From assembly GCA_964188305.1 (NCBI GenBank), contig OZ076890.1: a DNA stretch of 64,000 nucleotides, one strand, 5' to 3'. Position numbers and translations under genes: made by a program. The notes under the pieces were generated by a model. The model saw nothing but the letters and a program-made list of their open reading frames with translations. It had not been told where the DNA came from and made no database searches. The DNA comes from Podarcis bocagei. Its lineage: Eukaryota. Shown here piece by piece: positions 48,338 to 60,900 of this stretch; the stretch's first letter is position 1, and every line of letters begins with the position of its first letter.

Positions 48338-48712
48338 TAGTTATGTTACATACAGACTAGAAATACATTTCTAAGATTCTACACCCTCTCTTTTGATTTT
48401 CTGGTGAATGCTTAAGACATTTTTTTATCCCAGCAGACAGTTTAACTGTATTCTAATTTTATAGTTTTAACTGATTTTTATCTCTCTTGTATTCAGTTAC
48501 TTAGAGATTATTGTAATTAAGTAGTATATAAATTATCAATAAAAAAAGCCCACAAGATACACAAGGTGAGAAAAAAAAACTGCTCCTTTTCCCTTATGGG
48601 GTACCCAAGAGCCCATATAGTCCTTTTGTAGGTTCTCTATTGGTAGGAGAAAATAACAGACCAACCAGAGAATATTGAGAATAAAAGCAACTAGGAAGCC
48701 TGATCTTTATTA

Positions 48713-48928
48713 AAGTTTGGACGATTGGGTTGCGAACGAGGGCCGTGCTGGATGCACGTTCACAACCCGCAGCGGCGCATCTGCACACGCGCAGCTTGCA
48801 ATTCGCTGCTTCTGCACATGCGCGACCACCAAAACCTGGAAGTAACCCTTTCCGGTACTTCCAGGTTTCGGCAGGTCCGTAACCCGAAGAAATGCAACCT
48901 GAAGCATCTGTAACCCGAGGTATGACTG
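48713..48928. mobile_element. Tigger-like MITE family B
   Basis: Collinear with 48099-48337, ending acctgaagcatctgtaacccgaggtatgactg. Left TIR decayed. Confidence 0.78.
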
Positions 48929-49299
48929 TGTGTGTATATAGATAGATATAAAAAGACCTTAAAATTATATAACAGTAATCTCCTCATGCCTAGCTGTTTC
49001 TAGAGACAGAAGTGAAGATTTTAATATTGCTGGGATTGAGCACGACTGTGTCTACACCTCCAAGCAGAAAGAAAGTGTAAGCCAAGTCATATGAACAATA
49101 CTGTAGTTGAAATGGGTGAGAGTGCATCTTTAGGAAGAGAAAATGAAAGGAAAACATGATAGCAGTTAGAGCTATGCTTAATTAGCACAAAAGGGCAAGC
49201 AACAGGAAACAGGTGGCTGGAACCCAGCCCAGAAAGACATCTCCTTGCAGGGCGTCACTTCATCTCTGATACTGTATTCCGTTTTTTCCAAGGGGCAAA

Positions 49300-50320
49300 C
49301 CAGTAACCTTTTTCTCCCTTCGCTTGCGCAACACCCACTTTGCGAAAAGGCAGGCAAGCGCGCTGCAAAGCTCACTCAAGAGTGGCTTACTATTTTTCTT
49401 CCTTTAAATGAACCAACGCAACCACCCCACATGTTAACTTTTTAAAGCTTTGTTTTCCCGTTGCAGTGGGGGAGGGGCGTGAGTGCATGCGAGGGGAGGG
49501 CCTCATCAGCCAGCCCCGGAGAAGCAAAGCAGGGCGGAGAGAGGCCCGAAAACCGAGGAGGCTGATGCGCAACGCCCGGCACGTGGCCGCCTGGCTCGGC
49601 TTCCCCACCGAAGAGAAAGCGGCGGGGCGGCGCCTGTGCCGGAAGTGCGCAGGGCAGACCAAGCGGCTCCCGGCGCCACTCCGGATCAACAAAGCCGAGC
49701 GCGCTCGGAAGGGTGCCGTGGCGTTTCCGTGGCCAGGTGAGAAGAGAGAGGGGCGGGTGGTGAAGGGGCCGGACCTACCCCGGGTTTGTTTTCTTTTCCC
49801 CGGAACACACCCGGATCCGCTTCCTTTCTGAGGGATGCTGGTCCTGCGGTCGTGATTGCATTTTAAATACTCCCAGGCACCATAAATAATGTGCTGTTTG
49901 TCCCATCAGAGGCGAGCGGGTGGGATCGGGGGAGGCTCATCTGTGTTTTTAATAGTAGTTGACGGCGTAGCTCTCTTGCCAGTGTGCCTTTCTTACTCCC
50001 ATGTAAACGCGTTTAGGATTGCAGTCTCAGTCCCTGTGCATGCTTGCTCGGAAGGAAGCCGGGCTGCTTTCGGTTGGCGTCCACGTCCTAGTTAAACGTA
50101 CACAGGGGGTTGTAAATCCCCAGGTTTTTTATGTTATGCGTATCGCGAAGTGTCCGACCTAAACGACTAAACAACAACAACGAAGCCCTTGCCCACCTGT
50201 CTTACAGAAAGGAGTCCTTGTTGCTGCCGCAGCGAAAACAACCGAGAGCCTTTTATTGCCTTGGAAATTAACGGATTTTTATGCCATCAGCATTTGGGGG
50301 CTCGGGCCATTTCATCAGAT
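49300..50320. promoter_or_regulatory. Bidirectional CpG promoter FAM172B(-)/SENP7(+), including SENP7 exon 1
   Basis: CpG island. E-box CACGTG (~49580), GC box GGGGCGG (~49624), ETS CCGGAAGTG (~49639). Plus-strand donor CAG|GTGAGA after 49736. Confidence 0.78.
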
Positions 50321-50682
50321 GCATGGTGTGTTATCCCCGGTTCACCCAGTCATTAATAATAACAGGAATAGATAAAATACTGTAAACATTGAGGCAGTGC
50401 AAAAGATGCAGTCTAGATGTACAGATGTTTCCTTGCAAGGTTCAAGTTCACAAAAAGACATTGATTTAGCTATGAAGCTTTTCTTATTACTTCGTCTCCA
50501 GACCAAGAAAAGGTTTGACTGTGGCATTTTGTCATGTCAAGCATCTAGCTGTTAATTACAAAAGTCTTGCTGAAAGAAGGGTGAGACTCTTGTTGTCAGG
50601 TGATTTTTAGAGAACAACCTTTTTTACAGTAACATGAAGCTTTTGGTTTTTGTCCCCCCCCCCCCCCAATTGTTCATTGATA

Positions 50683-50936
50683 CAGTCATACCTCGGGATA
50701 AATACGCTTCAGGTTGAGCGCTTTCAGGTTGCGCTCCGCAGCGACCTGGAAGTAACGGAGTGCGTTACTTCCAGGTTTCGCCACTCGTGCATGCGCAGAC
50801 GGTCGAAATGACATCACGCGCATGTGCGGAAGTGGCGAAACGTGACATGCGCAGACGCACTGTCGCGTCTTACGTTCTATTCGGGATGCGAATGGGGCTC
50901 TGGAACGGATCCCGTTCACATCCCGAGGTACCACTG
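50683..50936. mobile_element. Tigger-like MITE family B
   Basis: TA-CAGTCATACCTCGGGAT...ATCCCGAGGTACCACTG-TA. Opposite orientation to the 48 kb copies. Confidence 0.82.
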
Positions 50937-52267
50937 TATTGTATTGTGTTCTTGTTGCTGTCATGGTGGGTTAATATCTCTACTTCACATACGTGTATGT
51001 GTTATAGGGGGAGATGTATCATTTTTACTCTCCCAATTAGAAATGCAACACTAATAGTTAACTAGCACTAACTTGGGCGGTGTGTGTATGTGTCAAAACG
51101 TGGCTCCTTCCAGGCATCACTGACTGGCCTTCAGAACACTTCCAAGGCTGCATTCCAGCTGGTTCTGCTTTGCACATTGCATATTTTTGCTTGGTTGGGA
51201 TGTGTCCTTGAACTCTGATAATGCCTCTTGCTTAACTGGATGAAGGACAGGGAGAGAGATATGTGCGTGTGCGTAGGAACTCGCTTCTTTTACAGACATA
51301 ACATTTACCCTTGTTGCTCTGTCTGGTCAGCCTATCGCTGGCCTCTCTGAAGGTTTCCCAGGAGAGAATGTGACTCTCACGCTAAAAAATAGATTCCCCA
51401 ACCCTGCTGTAGATGATGTCTCACACTACCACTTTCCCAGCATCTCTTTCCAAACCAAGCCTTATGGACCACTACATGTCAACCCACAAGGAGATATGCT
51501 AACATTACTAGTGATTCACTGAGTGTGCACCAATTATAAAGAGGAGCACGACTCAAAATCCAGACAGAACACAGTACCTATTTGATCTGGGCTATTGATG
51601 TTGTAGTCAAATCTGCCAAAAGCCACTCAGCAATTTAGACTCATTTACACATAATGTTCAGTATAGCTAGTGCAGAAAGGGGTGCGGAATAAAGGGGGAA
51701 AGGAAGGAACATGCCCGGAGGAGGAAGAAGAGGGAGGAACATGCCAGTCCATGGGGCATTTTCAGTTTCCTCTCCATTGTACCATTACATTTGTACAAGG
51801 CCTGTGTCAGAATTGTTTTAATAGTCTAAATCTGTGATGCAGAAGATGCCGTACCAATTAGACCTTTTTCTTTCAAAGTAGCGCTTAGCATAGAAAAGGC
51901 TCCTGGATTGGTGGATGTTCTGTTTCCCAATCAACTTGGAAGTTGCCAGACGAAACGGCACAGACCAGTTTTTTTATCAGTTAATGTCCTTGGCAGTAGC
52001 AGAAATGAAAACAATAGGCATGTCGTTAATGCCACCTCCTTATGATTTGACGTCCTTGGGTTCAGCAGTTGCCTTGGAGCTGTATACAGATTTTGGAGAA
52101 AGCAATCACCAGAAAACATTTTTATTCACCCGGGATGTGCTTACCTTTAACATCTGGGAAATATGCATTGCCTCCTGATGATACTTTAATTAGCTACTTT
52201 TGGAAATGCTGATTATAACATGATTCACAATACTGCTACTTTCTGTCTGCCTTTTACAGCAGCAACT

Positions 52268-55200
52268 ATGGAGGGACATGGACAAAATTCATCATCAAGT
52301 CAGCCTAAAGTAAGTTGTCCTTGATCTACATCCATTATTTTGGGAGTGTAGCTCATAATATTTGGTAGCTTTTCTAAAATGTCACCATTTGGATGGATCG
52401 GAATAACATTTGCATGTGAATAAACAAATGTATGCCACACTCTTAGAAATGAAAAATACATGAGCATAACTACAATGACAATAAGATTGACCTGTTTGGC
52501 AAATTAAAATTTTTACGTATAAGGAACATTGCTTTGATTTACGTAACATTGATACATGTTTGTACTGTTACTGCATTATACATGGGGCTGCATCTGAAGA
52601 CAGTTTGGAAACTTCAGCTAGTGCATAATTTGGTGGTCAGGTTTGTCACCTGGACAAGACGGAGTGAACATATTGCACTGATCCTGGTCCAACTGCACTG
52701 ATTACCAGTTAGTTTCCTGGCCCAATTCACAGTGCTGGTTTAGACTTAAAAAGCCTTAAATGGCTCTCATGAACCAACCCAGACCTTGTGAACATCCTCT
52801 AAGCCCCTTCTTCTTGTGTCTCCTCCATGAGGAGGGTGGCAATACAAGAGTCGCCCTTTTCTATGAGCGGTAGTCTCGTAATCTGGTGAACCGGGTTCGC
52901 ATCTCCGCTCCTCCACATGCAGCTGCTGGGTGACCTTGGGCCAGTCACACTTCTTTGAAGTCTCTCAGCCCCACTCACCTCACAGAGTGTTTGTTGTGGG
53001 GGAGGAAGGGAAAGGAGAATGTTAGCCGCTTTGAGACTCCTTCGGGTAGTGATAAAGCAGGATATCAAATCCAAACTCCTCCTCTTCTTGTGGAATGCTT
53101 GCCTGATGCCTTCTCTACCCATCTAGGCACTAGGTGAATATGTTCCTCTTTGAGTAGGCCTGATTAACATTCTATAGTCTGTTAAATGTGTTTGTGGGGG
53201 AAGGGTTATTGGTTTTTGCTGTATTATGTAGTTTGTGTTCTCATTTTATATTTTTATGTCATGAACCACCCTGTGATCTTTGGATGAAGGGCGGTATACA
53301 AATTTAATTGTTGTTGTTGTTGTTGTTAAATGCTGCTGAACATGCTGTCTTTAACAGTATTCAGAATAAAAGCAAACTAAAACCAGAACAGTCTGCAGAG
53401 TTCACAGATAAGTAGCCTTACTTGTTGCCATCTTCACTGGAAGTCTCACAAGTTCAGTGCTCAGAGTTCCAAATGCGAATATCATAATTTACTAGTTTCT
53501 GTACCTTAACTCTTTTTTCCTTGAATGTTAGTGTGGGGAGTTCAATGTTGTTTTGTTGTTTTCTTTTCCATTCTTTTGCTGCAAAAAATGCAAATGCAAT
53601 GTTTCATTCCAGTTTCGAATACCAAAGAAGAAATCCTCACAGTCAGATGATGTCCATATTCAGTCCCCACTGTCTAGACTTTCCCACCCGTGGGATCGCA
53701 CATTGCAAAAGGTAAACAGAAGTTTATTGTTTTCTGCACTGCTAAGAAGGGCTTGGGAAGGGCTATTTTAGGGCAAGCATTATTCATGTTTTGAAAATTA
53801 AATATTCTGTAATTACAGTGGTATCCCACAAGATGTTGTGTGCTACAGTGGTACCTCGGGTTAAGAACCTAATTCATTCTGGAGGTCCGTTCTTAACCTG
53901 AAACTGTTCTTCACCTGTAGCACCACCACTTTAGCTAATGGGGCCTCCCACTGCTGCCGCGCGATTTCTGTTCTCATCCTGAAGCCAAGTTCTTAACCCA
54001 AGGTACTATTTCTGGGTTAGTGGCATCAGTAACCTGAAGCGTATGTAACCCGAGGTACCACTGTATTTAAATATCTAGTTTTGCACTTTATGATAAATAA
54101 CACATTGAGCTGACACTTTATGAAAAATGAAGAAGGACGAAACTATTTAACACCTTTCATTTCTTCATTTTGACTGCAGTTTTCTATGCAATAAAAGCAA
54201 GATACGGAGGAGGGGTCTCTCATAAGAAGCACTTATGTCCTCTCTTTCCCACGTGCTTGTTGCAAGGACACTGCACCTCAGCAAGCCCATCCATTTAAAT
54301 GGGCAGGTCTGAAGCAGAGAGACAGACAGACAGACAGACATCTCATACACACCCCTTTCTCTCTCATTCAGACACAGACAAAAAGGCAGCAAGTGTCCAG
54401 AGAGAAAGAGAGCATCTCGGTGCTATGTACTGAAAGGGGGTTTCCTTTCTCAGTGTACGCCACAGAAAGGCAATAAACTGCCCTTGCGAAAGAATAGCAG
54501 GACTCAGTCATGCTTCCTCTTCCCTGCTGCTGAGCTGTTCCCTACTTGTGGTGGTGGCAAATTGTACAAGGGAAACCTCCCCACCCTGCAATCTTGTCCC
54601 CCCTCTCTGCCATGCTCAGCTGATCAGAGGGAACCAGCAGGACAAAAGAGCCTGAGAGGGGGGGTGGCATGGGGAGAGGCCTGCTGGCTGCATCCAGCCC
54701 ATGGACTGGAGGATGCCTTGGCTCATACAGCAGCCTGCTCCTCCTCACATGCATGACTTTGCTTCTGCTGGGAGCATCTGTGCGCTGAAGGCTTGACTAA
54801 GGAACCTACTGCTATAAGGAGAGGCCTCCACTTAGAGCAGAGGTGGGGAACCTGTGGTCTTCCAGAGTTACAGGGCTCCCATCAACCCTACAGAGTATGA
54901 CCAGTGGTCAGAGGTGATGGAAGTTAACAGTCCAACAATATCTGGAGGGTCATAGTTTTCCAATCCTTTATTAGGAAGGGCAGGTTTGCCAAGCTTCCAC
55001 AGTGTTTTTGGTGGTGCACTAAGCACAGAGACCTGGTGGGAGAAGGGAGGCTATCCTTAAAAGAGATCATTCTGCACCCTGCACTATGCATGCAAGGTCT
55101 GAGATCACAGCCTTTGGCTATACGTGCAGATTGCTAGTTTTCAGGGATGCAATATGCCAAATTGCGCATAATTGGAATCCATTGAAAAAAAATGCAAATG

Positions 55201-57908
55201 CCCCGCTCCACCCCTGCCCCAATTCCATCCTTTCAGAGATGTTTCAGCGACGTCTTTATTAGGATTCCATGTCACTTCCTGGTTTGGAGCAATTTGTGTT
55301 CACATGGTCGCAAACATATTGAAAGTGTGTAGGTGGGGGAGGGTCTGCCTGTATAGCATTCCATTTCCATAATTTCCATAGATTTGTGGGACATGGAGCA
55401 GATTGAATTACTTGTTATAATAGCGAGATAAGAGAGTTAGGAGTTCCATCCACTGTGAAACTGGGTTCATTTGCTGAATGCTTGTGCAGCCCTTTGGGTG
55501 AAGTCTAAGGAGTGAGAAGGACCACAGACTCAAGACTGTAATTGAAATAAATGAAATTGTTTAGGTATCTGCTTTATATTGCATCCGACCATTGGTCCAT
55601 CTAGCCCATTATTGTCAATACTTGCTGGCAGTGGCTTTCCTTCATTTTTTTCTGTCCTCTTTTCACATACCCCCCCTCCTTGTTCAAACACTCTGCCGTC
55701 TGACTCTCAACTTCAGTGGACATCAAGGTCTAAAAATAAAAATTTTAACGCAAACTGGGGAAGAAAAAGACCTTTTGAGAAACGTTACATCGATGATGAA
55801 GGACCAACATTTGGGTAAGTGGAGGATGCTTCAGAACTGAAGGCCACAGTGCTGAGTATTCTGGGTACTGCCAGCCTATGATGTAGGACAGCAGTGTTTA
55901 GCTAATTAAACAGTTAGTTAGTTAGATTGATCAATTAAGAAAAAAAATTAAAATAGTGCTCCTGATTAATCTGGTAGTAGGTTTTTAATTTTTTTGTAAA
56001 TTATCAAAGCTAGATGGCAAGTGCCTTCCTAGAAGAATTCTGTTTTCTTTCACATAGGAACAAGTATATTTTCTAAGGTGATTCCTGCTATGGTACTGTG
56101 TAATAATCTATCTCCCACGAGTTTAATCTCAGTTATGTTCCTATATAAATTAGAAGTAGAAACTAGAAACAAAGAAAAAGAAAGAGAGTTTTTATTCATA
56201 TGCAAATGTATGCAGATTTAATCTAGTAGAATGTAGTTGAATCCTGTATCTGTCTGCTCAGAGTAGGTCATTGGGACTTACGGTAACTTCCAGGGAAGTG
56301 GAATTGCAGCCTACAAGTCATAGGATTGTTCAAGCATCTTTAATCAGAAGACAGCCTGACTATGAAGCCTTAGTCTTCAAAGTTGAATTTTTAGGGGATT
56401 TAGGCTTCTAACCTCACCAACCTTGTGGTGATCAGTATTAAAAATAAGCAATGAAACCAGCAAAATATAAAATTGTCTATACCACAACAAAAATATTCAT
56501 AGAAGTTTAATCTCTACCAGTTTGGGTTTGAATGCCAGTACAAAGAAACAAATCTTGCAACACTTGTGGGAAATTATTGGCTCACTTTGATGAATCTCCA
56601 AGAGGAGAATACCATGACTGTATGTCATTGAATAATCCACTGAGAGTGCTCCTCTGTTTGCTCTCAAGGCAAGGGGTGACTTCTAATTTATATAGGAACA
56701 TACCTGAGATTAAACTCATGGGAGATAGATTATTACAATAACTAATACTGACATACATTCATAGTTAAGTTATTTGTAAGTTGTGTTTGTAACGATTCAC
56801 ACAACCTTGAATGTTATAAACTTTTAATGGCTTGTTGCACATCTAAAACCTCAATATCAAGCATATTTACATGGATATCCAAATGATTTTCAGGTGAGTT
56901 TCCACATATACATGGTCTAAGCATAAATATAATCATAAGTTCTATGTATTGCTTAGACAGACCCGTAACAATTTATATGACAGTAAAAATGATTATTCCA
57001 TATTATAATATAGAATGCAATGAAAATCTTATACCAATTATTAGACCATAATGGGTGGAAGCAGATGCCTAGTCCTGCTATTTGCTAAAGGATTATTCCA
57101 GATTTTCTGTTATTTCTCTTACATATTGTTATATGAATATTTCTTGTCTCTCTTAGTAAAATCAGGCTGATGGTTGGACACCTCAGAGAGTTCATTGTGG
57201 GTACTTCCTTGATTTCCATTAGTTCGAATGAAGTGGCGAGCCGTGAGGCTGTATGCTAGGCAAAACTACCAGTGGTCAACCACGTGGCAACAGAAGGTGG
57301 AGGGGAACTTTGCCCTTACATTTCAACACTGCATAGCAGTGGAGGGTGGTGATGCTGCCACAGTCAGAGATGTGAAAGTGTATTGTTGCTATGTTGGATA
57401 GATGTGCCAGCATTGATGCAGGTTGCTGACATCAGTAGGAGCAACAATATCCCCAGCCATCATGTCCCTGTACAATGTTGGCTTCAGCACTCTAACCTCT
57501 ACTGCTGCCTCTCAGCACAGGAAGGCAATGGAAGGAATCCCTGGTCCATCTCTATCACAACACAGCAGATACTAGCAGTTTTGCCAAGCATACCAGCTCA
57601 CCCATCACTACTGTGATACTGGAGGTCCAGCTCCAAGGCCTTCTGGTGGTTCTCTCACTGCGAGAAGCGAAGTTACAGGGAACCAGGCAGAGGGCCTTCT
57701 CGGTAGTGGCGCCCGCCCTGTGGAACACCATCCCATTAGATGTCAAGGAAATAAACAACTATCTGACTTTTAGATGACATCTGAAGGCAGCCCTGTTTAG
57801 GGAAGTTTTTAATGTTTGAAGTTTTATTGTATTTTTTATATTTTGTTGGAAGCTGCCCAGAATGGCTGGGGGAACCCAGCCAGATGAGCAGGGTATAAAC
57901 AAACAAAC

Positions 57909-57961
<53 letters not shown>

Positions 57962-60900
57962 TAATTCCCCAGTATTTTTTTTGTTCTTTGTGTGTGGGTG
58001 TACACACACAGTCATGGGAAAAAGAAAGCACAGCCTCATTTGAATTCTGTCATTCACATGACACAGTGTAATATGTCATGTGTTTCTGTTCATCTGAGGT
58101 ATTAACCTAATTTTAAGACCTGCTAAGGAACAGATGATTGTTATTATGTCCTGATATTTAAAACCACAGAATTCAAAGAGGTTTCTGGTGTGGGATGGGG
58201 GGAGCTCAAGTTCCCCACCCCAGCTCTAAAAGGTGACAAACAAACGTTCTTTGGGATTGCACTGGTTTGACTGTTGATATGCCCCATGGCAAGCAATTAT
58301 GTGCTGGAGCAGTGGGTTTTAGGACGGGACTGTTTTAGATTCCCTCCCTGCTGTGTCTCATGGACTCAGTACACGTTACAGTATATATTTGTCTCATTTT
58401 ACCCATGGAACAACTCTTAGAGGCTAAAAAAGGTTGTCTTTGGTGCTTCATCCTTATATAATGATGCTTCTTGGTTGTTATAAAAATTATTCTACCTGGC
58501 TGGTGCTATGCCTAGAATTATGAGGGGTAAGGGAAGCTGAGGAGAGGACTTGTATTGTAGCCTTTCAGGCCTTGCCTACGGGTGGGAAGAGCATTGCTCC
58601 CGGGGAAGGAAGAAGGAGCCAGTACAGACACCGAGGGGTTAATTCAGAGAAAGAGCTTTTATTCTGCCATCCGGGTAGCAGAAGGAACCTGCGTGATAAT
58701 TCACAAGCAAGTACAACTTTTACAGCCATTGCACACAGCATATATTCCCTCCAGCCCCCCCCCCCCCCCGGAGCCCTTCCTCATGAGTTTCCCTGAGCAT
58801 GAACAGAAACTCCTGCCTTGGGACTCCTGGCGCCCTTCCGAGGAAAAGGGGGTTGAGAAGCCTGCGCGTCAGCGTGTCCAAGATTTGATGCAACTGGGTA
58901 AGATAAGCTGGATGCGCGCTGGCAAGGCCACTGGAGGCCTGGGGAAAATAAAGCATTGTTTTCTCAGCCTTTTTGTTACAGCGAAGCTAATGCTAGCTAA
59001 CGCTTTTCTAGCTACTGACTCCTCAGAGAAAGTAATTTAAAAAGTCTTGAGGCCTGGTTGGGGGGGGGGTGACTACACAGGTTTTTGGGTAACCTAACCT
59101 GTCCTAACCTGTCCCCTTCAGTATGTAATTGGGGGCCCTTGAAGATTTGCTCAGGGTTCTGCTTCTTGACTTCAAGTCAGTGCAGTGGAGCCTTCAAAGC
59201 CTGTGACAAAGCAGATATTATTTTTAATGGCCAGTTATGTAGATCATAGGTATAACTACGCAAAGAATGTTTCCATAAATGTACTGATTTTATTTTGTGC
59301 AGCCCAGCTTGCACTGCTTTCATTTTACTTTCACTTTAGGCTTGAGTCAATAATCTTATAAAATAGATACCATTGTCTCTGTTGCCAGCAGTAGTAAAAG
59401 AAACAGGCCGGTTCTTAAATGTGAAGTGAATACATGTCTACATCACTGTGACTATTAGCGTTTCTCAGGCAACAGAACTAGCAGCTGTTCTGTGGGAGAT
59501 GCAATTTGTTTAAAAATGCATGTAGCTGTGACTTTAAGTAAACTAAAGTAAATGCAACTTCCTTTATTTGGTGCTTGTGTTTTATATAGGCACACATTTG
59601 TGGAAAATATCTAAGAAGTATCTTGAATACATTAGCATGTGACAGTTTTCTCTGTGCAGACTTGAATCCGGAGCAGCCATATATAATCTCTCTGAGGCCA
59701 TGTTTACATGCTGTGTTTGCGATAAAGGCATGATAGTCTCCAGGGAAGCCTCTTTATTGTTCTGTGCAGCGTTCATGTCTCTTCTTTGGTTTATGGTTGG
59801 CCAGCGTAGCAGCTGCTGGTTTGTACAGTTCTAAAGTTTCTTTTTTAAAAAAAGACATTTCAACACTGCTAAACAGTCCTGGACGCCAGCTGATTTTCTG
59901 AAGTGACCTCGGAAGGAACAAGAAGAGACTGCTCCAATTTCCTGGCATCTCTGAACCCAGTGGAAGACGTTACACAGCTGTGAGGCACTTCTAGCCAGGA
60001 TTTTGAATTGGCTGGTTCTCTTCTAGTACAGCTATTCCCTTTCTAGGTTGAAGTCCTGATTTCTCTGGCTTCCTTAGGATTATTCTGTATCAGAAAATTT
60101 CCAACCTTGGCTTTTGCAGAGTTTTACATATTCATGATCTTTCAGTGAAGTCATCTAATTTTCATTTGTCACTTCTGAAGACATAAATTAGTGCACTGCA
60201 GGTGCCTCTGAAACAAGCGTTGGTAAACTTTTAAGGCATGATTCACTAGGTTCACTTTAAAGAAGGCTTCAGTGGCCAAGCACACAATATATAGTAAGCA
60301 AAGCTTTTTCAATGAAGAATATGTAAAAAGATTAGGTGTGGAAAGAACATTTACTTCCATCTCTCTAAAATAAAATACAATATACATTCTTGGCTGAGGG
60401 CGTCTAAAATGAAAATACAATGTTGGGATTATTACATCCTCCGAAGAATCTTAGTTGAACTCGTGTATCTTATTTAGACTTTAGTTACCTTATTTATCAC
60501 CATCATTATTATTATATGTATGACAGGCAACCCAAAGTTATCTTGACGAATGTCCTGAAGACGGAAATAGGAAGAAAATACATAAAGACACAGCTTATAG
60601 CTGATATAACTCATGGTGTCCAGTTGCAGTCAGATCAACAAACCTCACCATCTGTTGACAGTGTAGAGATACGGGAAATATTAAGTCTTCTTCAGCAAAA
60701 CCTTTTTATATCTAGAAGGTATGTTTTGTTAAGTCTGGCTGTCTTAGACATAATACAGCTTTGCCTACATATTATTAAAATAAATTGCATGCGATTGTAT
60801 TCCCTGTTACGTTAGCCATTTCTCACTTTTCAATGCATCATTATGAAGCACCCTTGTGACTTCCATTTTGGGATTGTTTAGAATGAGATTAAATATGTCT

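Noticed and set aside
8661-54063. Recurrent CAGTGGTACCTCGGG repeat as a CRISPR-like or regulatory array
   Set aside because: Dispersed inverted termini with TA duplications identify MITEs. There is no repeat-spacer periodicity and the DNA is eukaryotic.
57759-58057. Poly-Tyr and poly-Ile ORFs (also poly-Asn/Leu/Ile at 42550-42817)
   Set aside because: Translations of (AAT)n microsatellites.
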